This document shows, one piece after another, positions 7,864-17,068 of a DNA stretch of 34,169 bases. Each line of letters begins with the position of its first letter. The stretch's first letter is position 1. The translations under genes and the position numbers were made by a program. This stretch comes from a virus (Duplodnaviria; Caudoviricetes). The DNA is taken from positions 1-34,169 of IMG/VR virus record IMGVR_UViG_3300040733_000117, one strand, 5' to 3'. The notes under the pieces were generated by a model that was not told where the DNA came from, searched no databases, and was given only the letters and a program-made list of their open reading frames with translations.

Positions 7864-9433
7864 GAACCTTCTTCCTTTCTGGACACAACGGAACATTGTT
7901 CTCAATGAACTCCCCTTCAGCTTTGACGGACATGAATACCTCCGAGAGATCTACGAACAGCACCATGACTATATGGTGATTGAAAAAGCATCCCAGATGG
8001 GGCTTTCCATCTTCGCTCTCAGTAAAGCGATATGGTTTTGTGATAAAAAGGGCGGAAAAGTTATATACTGGTTCCCTTCACAGGGGGACATTAACGACTT
8101 CAGCCAGGATAGATTCAGGCCGATATGCAGGGAGAGTGAATACCTACAGAGCCTGATAGCGAAAGATTCTGTGGACAAGACACAGCTTGTGCAGATCGGA
8201 AAAGGCTCCCTCTACTTCAGGGGCCTTTTTCATTCTCAGCGCTCGAGGGATGGAAAGTCAGGAGCGAAGACCAAAAGCGTCGACGCAGACTTCATGATCT
8301 TCGACGAGCTCGACGAGGCGATGCCTAAACAAAAAAAGGCCGCCAAACATAGAGTCGACCACTCACATTTCAAATGGATTTTGGAGCTCAGCACTCCGAC
8401 GATCCCTGACTACGGGATCGATGTCGAGTTTCAGAAGAGTGACCAGCGCTTCTGGCAATTGAAGTGTCCTCACTGCGGAGAATGGAACTGCACAGAGGAG
8501 ACCTTCCCGCGATGCCTGGTGAGGACAGGAGAAGAATCAGTGATCCTGGCCTGTAAGAAGTGCAGGAAGGAGCTCGACCCGGCCCAGGGCACCTGGGTGG
8601 CTAAATATCCTCACAGGACGAAGCGCAGAGGATACCATATCTGCCAGCTCTACAGCACTTATATTGACCTCAATGACGTGCTGGTAGAGTATGAGGATCC
8701 TCGGGAAGACAGGACCATCTTCTACAATCACCGCCTGGGACTGCCACATATCGAGGCTGTCGACAGGCTCCAGAAGGAAGAGGTCTATGCCTGTTGCGTG
8801 TCAGAGCTCACCTTTCCTGGGAGAGGGAAATCCTGCTCGATGGGTGTTGACGTCGGGCCAAAAGACCTGATGGTCTGCATCAGTGAGCGACATCCTTCGG
8901 GGAAGCGCCGTCTCGTGTTCCTGGGAAAGGTCAAGGAATTCAGTGATCTTGACGCTTTGATGAAGCGCTTCGAGGCCACCTGTGTTATCGATGCGATGCC
9001 GGAGACTCATTCAGCTCGTGACTTTGCCAAGCGCTTCAGAGGCAGAGTATATCTCTGCTACTATCAGGATACACTGAAATCTGGTGAATATAAATGGGTC
9101 GACAGGGATGAGCACGGCGTTGGTGTCGTGAATGTGCACCGCACCGAGTCACTGGACGCAACATTGAAGCAGTTCAGGGAGCAGGAAATCATCCTGCCGG
9201 CCAAGACCCAGGAGATTGAGGATCTTGCCTCCCATTGTCACGCATTGGTGAGAAAGCGGGAGGAGAACACAGCTGGGGAAGTCTCGTTCCGGTATGTGCA
9301 GATCGGTGACGATCATTATGCACACGCGAGGAATTACTGCAGGGTGGCGGAAATTAAAACCACAAAAGGCATAGTGGTCTGCTCCGCTCCAAATACAGCT
9401 CCTGAATACCAGAATCTTGATTGGAGAAAATAA
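7778..9433 (+). CDS. terL: Terminase large subunit (GpA-like)
   Basis: Walker A IEKASQMGLS, Walker B FMIFDELDE, STPT motif, CPHC..CKKC zinc finger, nuclease MGVDVG and DDHYAHARNY. Confidence 0.95.
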   Translation: MRMKSGIGSKTWNQLKNELKKGLERKATENLLPFWTQRNIVLNELPFSFDGHEYLREIYEQHHDYMVIEKASQMGLSIFALSKAIWFCDKKGGKVIYWFPSQGDINDFSQDRFRPICRESEYLQSLIAKDSVDKTQLVQIGKGSLYFRGLFHSQRSRDGKSGAKTKSVDADFMIFDELDEAMPKQKKAAKHRVDHSHFKWILELSTPTIPDYGIDVEFQKSDQRFWQLKCPHCGEWNCTEETFPRCLVRTGEESVILACKKCRKELDPAQGTWVAKYPHRTKRRGYHICQLYSTYIDLNDVLVEYEDPREDRTIFYNHRLGLPHIEAVDRLQKEEVYACCVSELTFPGRGKSCSMGVDVGPKDLMVCISERHPSGKRRLVFLGKVKEFSDLDALMKRFEATCVIDAMPETHSARDFAKRFRGRVYLCYYQDTLKSGEYKWVDRDEHGVGVVNVHRTESLDATLKQFREQEIILPAKTQEIEDLASHCHALVRKREENTAGEVSFRYVQIGDDHYAHARNYCRVAEIKTTKGIVVCSAPNTAPEYQNLDWRK

Positions 9434-10878
9434 CAGTGCCTACTCTCGTTGACCAGTTCGGCAAGCCGATAAAAAAAGAAGTGCTGATGACCATATTCAA
9501 TGATGGGCCTGGCGCATATGGCTTTTTCTCAAGCTGGGTAAGGGGCTTTGTCGGAACCTATATCAATCCTGATCAACTCAGCATTCACAATTACCAGGAG
9601 ATGTATGACTACGATGACGCCTGTTCAAGCGGTGTCGACTTTGTGACACTGTCTGTCCTCGCCAGGCTCGGTAAATACAATCACCCTGACACCAGGATAG
9701 CCGCCTGGGTGAATGACATGATCGAGCAAAGAGAGGGCTCACTCTACGACGATATTGAGGAAATGGTAAGTGAAAGCGTCAAATGTGGCTTTATTGCAGG
9801 GGAGCTTGCATACGGCTATGATGATGTCGGCCTGGTCACTCTTTCAGACATTCAGTTTATGGATCCGGCCTGGATAGAGTTTGACCTGTTTTCCGAAGGA
9901 CCTCTGAAAAATACTATCAAGGCAGTCAAATATGGTGGTATACCTCTGAAATTCAATGATGAGCCCATCCCCATGGAAAAATTCCTGGTCTTCAGCAACG
10001 GTGGAAGATACGGTAATCCATACGGACGAGCTCGCCTGAAAAGCGCTTACCCTATGTATTATTTCAAGAAGCCCTGCCTGGTTGGATGGGGGATTACATT
10101 ACAAAAGCACGGCACTCCCTCGCGATCTGCGACGATATCTCCTGAAGGTCCTCAGACTATTGACCTGGGTAACGGCGAAACCATATCGATTTACGACTTT
10201 CTCAATCAGGCGCTCAAGACCTGGTCAAACAAGACGGACATTGTCCTCCCGCCAGGCGTGGAATTGGTAGTTCAGAGCACAAACATGACTGACAAGGGAG
10301 GTTTTGAAGAAGCCATTAGCTATGCGGACAAGTGCATATATAGAGCGCTTCTTCTCCCCGGTCTGGTAGCTTCCACAGCAGAGAACGGCATGAGAGCTCT
10401 TGGTGAAGTCCACTACAAGATGTATGCTCTCGGGGTGACGAGATACCGCAATAGAGTTGTTGATGCAATACGCTCTCAAATGCTCCGAAGAGTTATAAGT
10501 TGGAACTTCGGGACTCAGAAAACATACGGGAACTTTGAATTTAAAGATCTAGATCCTGAAGCGCAGAAGATGGAAATGGAAATGTTCGCCAGCGCAACAG
10601 ACAAAGGCTATATTTACCCTGAAAGACTCGAAGACTTCAAGCACGTCCGAAGTCATATCGGAGCTCCAGAGATATCAGATGAGGAGTTCAAGCAGATGCG
10701 GGCCGACAAACAGGCGAAAGCCGAGGAGCTCCAGAAGCGACTCGACGCTAACAGGCAGGCACTTGAAGAGCAGCAGAAACAGAAGCAGCCACAACAGCCG
10801 ACACCTGAACTGCAGGAGCCGAAGCAGGCGGCGTTCAGCAGGGTGAACGGGCTTGAATCTTTCTTTGCGGAGGTATAA
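9421..10878 (+). CDS. Portal protein (Mu gp29/DUF935-like)
   Basis: N-terminal LVDQFGKPI; GNPYGRARL..AY..YYFK...W...LQKHGTP; RALGEVH; position after TerL. Confidence 0.92.
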   Translation: MEKITVPTLVDQFGKPIKKEVLMTIFNDGPGAYGFFSSWVRGFVGTYINPDQLSIHNYQEMYDYDDACSSGVDFVTLSVLARLGKYNHPDTRIAAWVNDMIEQREGSLYDDIEEMVSESVKCGFIAGELAYGYDDVGLVTLSDIQFMDPAWIEFDLFSEGPLKNTIKAVKYGGIPLKFNDEPIPMEKFLVFSNGGRYGNPYGRARLKSAYPMYYFKKPCLVGWGITLQKHGTPSRSATISPEGPQTIDLGNGETISIYDFLNQALKTWSNKTDIVLPPGVELVVQSTNMTDKGGFEEAISYADKCIYRALLLPGLVASTAENGMRALGEVHYKMYALGVTRYRNRVVDAIRSQMLRRVISWNFGTQKTYGNFEFKDLDPEAQKMEMEMFASATDKGYIYPERLEDFKHVRSHIGAPEISDEEFKQMRADKQAKAEELQKRLDANRQALEEQQKQKQPQQPTPELQEPKQAAFSRVNGLESFFAEV

Positions 10879-12482
10879 TGACCTCCAAAGAGATCCGACG
10901 AATCAAGAAGACACTCGACACCCTGGAAGCGGGGTTTGTAAAGCGGGCTAAAGCGCTCTTTGATAATATGATATCTGAGATGCAGCCTTATGTAGAGGAT
11001 GCTCTCCGGATTGGCAATGTCGACAGCTTTGAGATGCCAGGGCGGAAGCGTTACCTGGTGCTCTTCAAGCGCTATCTTCAGGAGCTTTACGCCCAGGGAA
11101 TGACCCTCGCCGATCAGGAGCTCGAGGCAAAGAGGGCGAAATTCGACCAGCACCCTTCACCAGCTCCGGTCATTCCGACTGGGGCGATGGACTGGATTGA
11201 CGGGTGGACAACTCACTTCGGTGACAAGTATTACGGTGAAGCCACTGAAGATGTTGTGAGAGTGCTGAAGCAGGGCTTAGCTGAAGGGTGGAGCACTGAG
11301 CACACAATGACGCAGCTCAGGGTCTATCTGACGGATGAGAAAGAGTACAATAAGCGGCGTCTGGAGGTCATCGCCAGGACGAATGCCACTTCTGCCTTCA
11401 ACCAGGGCAGGCTGGAGACATTCCGCCAAGCCGGGGATTTTGTCCAGTTCGTGCAGTTTCTTGCCATCCTGGACAGCAGGACGACGGACATCTGTGAGAG
11501 TAGAAATGGGCGCCTGCTGAGGCTCGACTCGCCAGAGCTGGCAGCCAATACTCCCCCACTCCATTTTCAGTGTCGATCTATACTCTCGCCTGTCACCGCC
11601 TACGACCTGAAAGACATGGAGAAGCCTGGCTGGAAGGATGACCAGGACAGGACGCTGGATGAGCTCTTGGACTGGAGAAAAGTGGACCCACCGTCAAAGG
11701 GATTCGGGGGAGATATTCAGAACAGATTGCCAAAGACACCAGGAGGACCGCCTCCGCAGATCAGGGGCCCAGAAAGAGGGCAGCCGTCAGAGCCTCCAAA
11801 GACGCTTCAGTTGCCAACGGGAAAAGAGACTGGAGAACAGCCGGTTACTTCTGTGCTCAAAGAACCTGGAGGAGGGAAATTAAGCAAGGCTCCAGAAGGC
11901 TCCAATATGGGATTTGAGGTTTCAGACGAAGAAATTAAAAACGTGGTACACAAGTTTGATCTTCTTAAAGAAGAGCATCCAGATCTTATTACCGAGAGGA
12001 TCCCAGAAGACGCCCTGAAAAAAGTGGCCGAATATTTGGCAGACGAAAACCTTGGAAGAGTTGAAAAATACGCCTGGGATAAAATTGCCGAAGGGCATAT
12101 TTATAGTTATGCCTGTTATCTTCATGAAAAAATAGAAATTGATTTAAGGCTTTCTGAGGGAGAAGATCATAGAAAAGCTCATTGCGAAGCCCTGATAGGG
12201 CAGTATAGTTTTTTGAATGAATACATAAGAAATGTGAGTGGCAATGAAAAAGAGTACGACATACTTAAATTATGTTGTGCGGATAGCTGGGACGAAGATT
12301 GGGGACGCAGCATCCATAAAGATATCACCAATACAAAAAAATTGAGAAATTATTTGAAAACACGCATTCCTAAATGGTATAATGAAGAAGGGGAATTTCC
12401 AACATTTAACGAGTGCACAGATGTATCACGCGAATTGAGAGACATTATGAACTCTTTAAGGCAAAGAGGTAGGTTGCCATGA
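10878..12482 (+). CDS. MuF (SPP1 gp7/Mu gpF) head protein with Pro-rich linker and AT-rich C-terminal extension
   Basis: RLEVIARTN..AFNQGR, AILDSRTT.IC..RNG, PPLHFQCRS motifs; extra ~190-aa domain from about 11907. Confidence 0.93.
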   Translation: MTSKEIRRIKKTLDTLEAGFVKRAKALFDNMISEMQPYVEDALRIGNVDSFEMPGRKRYLVLFKRYLQELYAQGMTLADQELEAKRAKFDQHPSPAPVIPTGAMDWIDGWTTHFGDKYYGEATEDVVRVLKQGLAEGWSTEHTMTQLRVYLTDEKEYNKRRLEVIARTNATSAFNQGRLETFRQAGDFVQFVQFLAILDSRTTDICESRNGRLLRLDSPELAANTPPLHFQCRSILSPVTAYDLKDMEKPGWKDDQDRTLDELLDWRKVDPPSKGFGGDIQNRLPKTPGGPPPQIRGPERGQPSEPPKTLQLPTGKETGEQPVTSVLKEPGGGKLSKAPEGSNMGFEVSDEEIKNVVHKFDLLKEEHPDLITERIPEDALKKVAEYLADENLGRVEKYAWDKIAEGHIYSYACYLHEKIEIDLRLSEGEDHRKAHCEALIGQYSFLNEYIRNVSGNEKEYDILKLCCADSWDEDWGRSIHKDITNTKKLRNYLKTRIPKWYNEEGEFPTFNECTDVSRELRDIMNSLRQRGRLP

Positions 12483-12802
12483 AAATAAGTTATAGATTTT
12501 TGGAAGTTTCTAATGGGGGTTTAAAGCGAACTTCAGCTATCGCGTTTACTGGTTATTTTGACGAGTCTGATACAGTGCACTATGTAACAAAGAAAATAGC
12601 CAAAGAGCGCTCTCTTGCTCAGAAACTGACAGATTTAAAACCCGAAGACGCTCCAGGCTTCACGGTTAAGGGCTATGTCATTGAATGGTCGCAGGTATTT
12701 CAGATAGATTCCCCCGATTCCCCAGACGCTTCCGATACATGGGATCCCTTCGAGGCGATGGAAGAGAGAGACAAAATATTAAATCTACGCAAAACCGCAT
12801 AA
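12479..12802 (+). CDS. MuF-coupled small protein (candidate immunity/partner); resembles the N-terminus of the 29747 fibre
   Basis: ATGA overlap with muF; shares its AT-rich composition; YRFLE motif shared with the 29747 ORF. Confidence 0.75.
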   Translation: MKISYRFLEVSNGGLKRTSAIAFTGYFDESDTVHYVTKKIAKERSLAQKLTDLKPEDAPGFTVKGYVIEWSQVFQIDSPDSPDASDTWDPFEAMEERDKILNLRKTA

Positions 12803-12811
12803 GGTGAACCT

Positions 12812-13153
12812 ATGATTGACATCACTCCAGAAGAGCAACAGCGCCTTATCGTAGAGGCAAAACTTGCAAAGGCCAAAAATAGGCTGGAAGAACTGAGGAT
12901 AAAGGCCCAGTCTCTTTTCGAGAAGATGTCACAGCGGCACGGAGTGGTCACCGAGAGAAGGAATGAGCCGCTGAAAATCGCCATAGAGATGGATATTTCG
13001 AGAGTTGAGCCGGGCGTTCTGTCTTTATGGGCAGATGATTTCGGCGTGATAGTGAAGGAAGTGACTTCGATTCTCGATCAGGAAGAAAAGCTTGAAGACG
13101 AGCTTCAATCACTGCGAACCAAGGCAAAGATGAACGTGCAGATAAGCTTTTAG
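12812..13153 (+). CDS. Hypothetical coiled-coil protein
   Basis: AAGGTG RBS; 113 aa, helical and charged. Confidence 0.65.
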   Translation: MIDITPEEQQRLIVEAKLAKAKNRLEELRIKAQSLFEKMSQRHGVVTERRNEPLKIAIEMDISRVEPGVLSLWADDFGVIVKEVTSILDQEEKLEDELQSLRTKAKMNVQISF

Positions 13154-13180
13154 GGACAGAGCACACAAAAGATAACCAAC

Positions 13181-13206
13181 AGCCCCTTCACGGGGCTTTT
13201 TTATTT
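13181..13206 (+). terminator. Intrinsic terminator
   Basis: AGCCCC-TTCAC-GGGGCT followed by TTTTTATTT. Confidence 0.8.
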
Positions 13207-13218
13207 GAGGAGGAAGCC

Positions 13219-14169
13219 ATGAACGTGAGAGTGACATTTGACGCCAACAATCCAAAGATCGCCTGCTTCTCATCCGACCGCTTCGAGGTTCTGGAGGATG
13301 AGAAGGACGGTCTGGGAATAGTGCACTTCGACAAGGACGGAGTCACGCCGCTGTATATGGACCGAAAAGCTAGAGTCTTCATTGCAGGACAGCACCGGGG
13401 GCAGGATTACTCAGAGCCAGTGTTGGACAGATACAATTCCAAGTTCGTCGAGCCCAAGGATGATCTCAGGGGCTGGAAGGTCCCTCTCCAGGCAGACCAT
13501 CAGCCGAGGAGCTGCAAGAACACAATCGGACATCCCAGAAAGATGTGGAGAGAAGGCATTGAAGAGTTTGCCATTCTGCGCTATGTCGGAAAAGAGGCAA
13601 TAGAAAAGGCACAGCTCGGACTCTATGGCCCTCTGTCCGTAGGTGTGGATCTGGAGGAAGGTAAGTGGGAGCATATCGCTCACACACCATTCCCCCATTT
13701 CGATAATACTGAAGCTTTCGAAAAATCTGAAAAGAAAGGAGATACTACTATGGATCCCAAGAAAGAAGGAACGGCTCCAACGACGGCAGATCCCGCGGAG
13801 TTCACGAAAATGAAGGAGGATTTCGCCAAGCAGCAGGAGGATTTCGCGAAGAGAATCGCCACGATGGAGGCCGAGAATGCGGAGCTGAAGAAGAGAGCTC
13901 AGTTCGCGGAAGACGAGAAAACCATCGAGACCTTCTCGAGGCCCGATGCACAGGGACAGATCAAGACAATCCCAGGAATGAAGGTGGAAGAGCTCGCTCT
14001 GTTCCACTCGCTCAATGAGGAGCAGAGAAAGCTGTTCCTGGCCTATAAGGCAAAGATGCCTGCCTTCGTCGACACCAATGTATACAACACCGCCAAGTTC
14101 AGCAAGCCAGGCGAAGAGACCGACGAGGAAGCACAGGCAAAGGCCAAGAGAATGGCTGGGAAAGCATAA
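13219..14169 (+). CDS. Prohead protease/scaffold (Mu gpI-like)
   Basis: PLQADH (catalytic His region), G.YGPLSVG (Ser region), HIAHTPFPH; coiled-coil C-terminal half; position between MuF and capsid genes. Confidence 0.8.
   Translation: MNVRVTFDANNPKIACFSSDRFEVLEDEKDGLGIVHFDKDGVTPLYMDRKARVFIAGQHRGQDYSEPVLDRYNSKFVEPKDDLRGWKVPLQADHQPRSCKNTIGHPRKMWREGIEEFAILRYVGKEAIEKAQLGLYGPLSVGVDLEEGKWEHIAHTPFPHFDNTEAFEKSEKKGDTTMDPKKEGTAPTTADPAEFTKMKEDFAKQQEDFAKRIATMEAENAELKKRAQFAEDEKTIETFSRPDAQGQIKTIPGMKVEELALFHSLNEEQRKLFLAYKAKMPAFVDTNVYNTAKFSKPGEETDEEAQAKAKRMAGKA
13750..14169 (+). CDS. Probable nested scaffolding protein (internal in-frame start)
   Basis: AAAGGAG-N8-ATG inside the protease gene, in frame (MDPKKEG...); analogous to Mu Z in I and lambda Nu3 in C. 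Confidence 0.65.
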   Translation: MDPKKEGTAPTTADPAEFTKMKEDFAKQQEDFAKRIATMEAENAELKKRAQFAEDEKTIETFSRPDAQGQIKTIPGMKVEELALFHSLNEEQRKLFLAYKAKMPAFVDTNVYNTAKFSKPGEETDEEAQAKAKRMAGKA

Positions 14170-14197
14170 CTTCTAAGGCCGACAAAGTAAGTGACGA

Positions 14198-14223
14198 AGC
14201 GCTGAAGGGCGCTATTTTTATTT
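14198..14223 (+). terminator. Probable weak intrinsic terminator
   Basis: AGCGCT-GAAG-GGCGCT followed by ATTTTTATTT. Confidence 0.55.
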
Positions 14224-14241
14224 CAGAAAGGATGTGATCTC

Positions 14242-14721
14242 GTGACAGACTGGAATCCCTACAGCAAATTCGGAGGACACACAGATATCGCCAAGATTGG
14301 CGGACCTCTCCACTATGGCCTGGCCGCCACTGCCGACAACCAGGCATATACCCTCGCAGTGCCGACTCCCAAGCATGAGGATGGCGCTTTTGTTTCCTTC
14401 AAGATGCCGGCTGCGGCATCAGCGGGAGTAGCTACCCTCAACGTCAATTCACTCGGCGCAAAAAAAATGTACTGCTCCAACAAGATCTCTCGTCAGATCG
14501 GAGCAGGCGATCTCCAGGCTAGCGGAATGTATCTGGCGCAATATGACGCTACCCTTGACTCAGCAGCGGGCGGATGGGTGGTCTATGGAATCCGACCTAC
14601 CGGAGCGGGATGGACGGGAGGCACCAACTCAGTAGCCACACGGTCTTTCGACTGCAACAACACCACCCTGGATGAGCTCGCCGACGTACTCGCTACCCTC
14701 ATCTCGGATCTCGGCGTGTAA
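14242..14721 (+). CDS. Fibre-like virion protein in the head module (possible head fibre)
   Basis: ATLNVNSLGAKK...GDLQASG..YD motif common in phage fibre proteins; C-terminal TTLDELADVLATLISDL helix; AGAAAGGATGTGA RBS. Confidence 0.65.
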   Translation: MTDWNPYSKFGGHTDIAKIGGPLHYGLAATADNQAYTLAVPTPKHEDGAFVSFKMPAAASAGVATLNVNSLGAKKMYCSNKISRQIGAGDLQASGMYLAQYDATLDSAAGGWVVYGIRPTGAGWTGGTNSVATRSFDCNNTTLDELADVLATLISDLGV

Positions 14722-14751
14722 CGCCATCAAAACAAAGGAGGTATCAAATCA

Positions 14752-15258
14752 ATGATCAACAGAGCATCACTTTCCTGGGCCCTTCTGGTGGCCCTTCTCA
14801 TCTTCGTGTCTCTTTTCGCAGGCACCTTCGGAGGCACAAGCTCGACCACAATGTTCCCCTCGGCGCAGGGTGTCATCGTCAATGACCTCTACGGCCTGGG
14901 AAAGTCAGGAGTAGCTCAGTCACTCTATGCTGAGAATGGAATCGGCCATTGGACGGTGCCGAGCTGCTATGACGCCTGGTATGTGCAGAGCATAAATGCA
15001 CATGTCACGACAGCCAGCTCTGCCGGAACGCCGACTTTTCAGGTTTACAATATAACACAATCCAAAAATCTTTTGGACGTGCCTCTGACGGTCGACGCCA
15101 CCGAGACGGATTCCAAAACCGCTCTGGTTGCCGCCAGCCTCTATACTACGGCATATCGGATATATTCAGGGGACACGCTGAGGCTGGACTGCACAACCGC
15201 GGGAACAGATACCGCTGGGGCTCAGGTGAGGCTGGTCATTCAGCCGAATGCCCCGTAA
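14752..15258 (+). CDS. Hypothetical protein with N-terminal signal/TM helix and beta-sandwich domain
   Basis: AAAGGAGGT RBS; hydrophobic LSWALLVALLIFVSLFAG; A.VTTA.S.G, LTVDA.E..S.TA, GD.LRLDC..AG pattern. Confidence 0.75.
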   Translation: MINRASLSWALLVALLIFVSLFAGTFGGTSSTTMFPSAQGVIVNDLYGLGKSGVAQSLYAENGIGHWTVPSCYDAWYVQSINAHVTTASSAGTPTFQVYNITQSKNLLDVPLTVDATETDSKTALVAASLYTTAYRIYSGDTLRLDCTTAGTDTAGAQVRLVIQPNAP

Positions 15259-15309
15259 ACACCTCGGGAAAAACAAAACCTCAATCACAAAACGAAAGGA
15301 GATAGAACA

Positions 15310-15969
15310 ATGTCGGGAATAAAATCACTCGTTTCATATGAAGATGTGGAAATCCACGGCCCGGGCCACGAGAAAAGAGCCATATCGCTGCCGTGCATTA
15401 TCCCCAAAGGCCAGGATCTCGTCAAAGGTCAGGTAGTTGGATATGAGCCAGGCTCCCATGAAGTAGTAAAGGCCTACGATCATGACGGAGCTGCGGCATC
15501 TGCATCGACACCAGCAGCCGGCTCGAGCAACACCGGAGGAGGGTCCTGCTCAGCAATCGATGTGCAGGATGCCTACACCAATACCGAGAGCTGGGTGTTG
15601 ACCTGCACAAAGGCAGCCACCGGCGGAGGGGAGTTCTCAGTCGTCGGTAACAGATCGGGAAATATCGGAACTGCCACTGTGGGGGCCGAATTCAAATATC
15701 CCAACACTTCGGCCTATGAGCTGAAATTCACCGTCTCTGACGGCAGCCCCGACTTCGCCGTTGGCGATACATGGACGTTCACCACAACAGGCAAGGCAGC
15801 GGTGGATGCTTCAGGAATTCTGCCTGAAGATGTGGACGCAACCGATGAAGATCAGTTCAGCTGCATTGAAGTCGGCGGAGTCTTCGAAATAGCGAAGCTG
15901 ACCGGTCTGGACGACGATGCAAAGATGTCAATGGCAGCCAGACAGGCAGGTGCTTACCTCATCCTGTAA
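15310..15969 (+). CDS. Head decoration protein (lambda gpD-like) with inserted beta-sandwich domain
   Basis: IPKGQDLVKGQVVG...ASGIL.EDVDAT..D...GGVF..AKL frame around W..TCT..GGEFSV..FTV.DG..DF.VGD insertion; directly before the capsid gene. Confidence 0.8.
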   Translation: MSGIKSLVSYEDVEIHGPGHEKRAISLPCIIPKGQDLVKGQVVGYEPGSHEVVKAYDHDGAAASASTPAAGSSNTGGGSCSAIDVQDAYTNTESWVLTCTKAATGGGEFSVVGNRSGNIGTATVGAEFKYPNTSAYELKFTVSDGSPDFAVGDTWTFTTTGKAAVDASGILPEDVDATDEDQFSCIEVGGVFEIAKLTGLDDDAKMSMAARQAGAYLIL

Positions 15970-15984
15970 TCTGCACTGAAAGAA

Positions 15985-16013
15985 GGGGAGCTCTGAAAGC
16001 TCCTTATTTATTT
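15985..16013 (+). terminator. Probable intrinsic terminator/stem-loop before the capsid gene
   Basis: GGGGAGCT-CTGAA-AGCTCCTT followed by ATTTATTT. Confidence 0.6.
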
Positions 16014-16041
16014 GCAAAACTCAAGAAAGGAAGTGATAGCA

Positions 16042-17055
16042 ATGATCGGATGGCCAACAGCCAAAAGTATCGGTATGACCATACAGATCAATCTGTCCGA
16101 TCCGAATCAGAAAGTAGGAACAGATTTCTGTCAGGTCAAGACCGAGATGACGCAGAAAATCGAATACTGGGAGGAGTATGGTCCTCAGGGCAAGACCCTT
16201 CCACATTCGCTGGGATCTGACGTCAAACCCATCCCCTGGGGCAAGATGACTAAAAAGGAATTCACGCCGGGATACTTCAAGGAGAAGCTGGTCTTCGGCG
16301 AGGACGATCTCCTGAAACTGTCCCAGATGGCGGATGAGTTCAAGGTCATAACCATCGAGGATATGGTGGGAAAGGGACTGAGGAGGCTCACTGCCCGTGC
16401 ACGCAATCTCATCAACTGGGCAATCTGGCAGGCTGTGATGACAGGGGAAGTGAAAATCGATGAGAACGGAGTGAAGTATACCGCTACATATGGGATCCCA
16501 GCCCAGAACCTGGCACTCACCGTAGCAACCGCCTGGGCGACACTGGCAAGCTCCAAGCCCCTGAAAGATATCACCGCAGTAATTCAGAGCTTCCTCGGGA
16601 CAGGCTACAAGCTCGGGAAGATCAAGATGAACTCTTATACCGCCGATCTCATCGTCCATTCAACCGATACCAAAACCTACTGGAACGGTATTGGAATCAA
16701 AGAGAAGCTCACCCTGGGCAATATCGAGAAAAACGCCCAGGAGCTCACTCCCGGCACATCGTGGGAGGTAAATGACGATGGTTACACCAATGATGCCGGA
16801 ACATTCTCCATCTACATCCCGAACAACAAAGTTCTCTTTCTCGGCAATGCTCCGGATCTGATGGACTACTGTGCAGTGCCTCACCTCGAAAACGGAAGGC
16901 CTGTGGCGGGATCTGACGGCATTTTCGCAGTGCCTGACTACAAGCACCTGACTGATCCAAATCCCTATGCGGAGATCTTCGGCGGAACCTATGGGCTCCC
17001 GAGAATATACCGCCCAACAATCATCTTCGTGATGGACGTAACCCAGACGTCATAA
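16042..17055 (+). CDS. Major capsid protein (lambda gpE-like)
   Basis: FTPGYFKEK..F.EDDL, W..WQA..TG.V.I, W....SKPL.DI, YIPNNKV; ATG 16042 after AGAAAGGAAGTGAT. Confidence 0.92.
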   Translation: MIGWPTAKSIGMTIQINLSDPNQKVGTDFCQVKTEMTQKIEYWEEYGPQGKTLPHSLGSDVKPIPWGKMTKKEFTPGYFKEKLVFGEDDLLKLSQMADEFKVITIEDMVGKGLRRLTARARNLINWAIWQAVMTGEVKIDENGVKYTATYGIPAQNLALTVATAWATLASSKPLKDITAVIQSFLGTGYKLGKIKMNSYTADLIVHSTDTKTYWNGIGIKEKLTLGNIEKNAQELTPGTSWEVNDDGYTNDAGTFSIYIPNNKVLFLGNAPDLMDYCAVPHLENGRPVAGSDGIFAVPDYKHLTDPNPYAEIFGGTYGLPRIYRPTIIFVMDVTQTS

Positions 17056-17068
17056 CCAGGAGGCTACC

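Noticed and set aside
13130-13239. MNVQISF (end of 12812 gene) resembles MNVRVTF (start of protease)
   Set aside because: Only 9 consecutive identical nucleotides; cannot be told from chance without relatives
16021-16659. 212-aa minus-strand ORF inside the capsid gene
   Set aside because: Antisense shadow caused by codon bias
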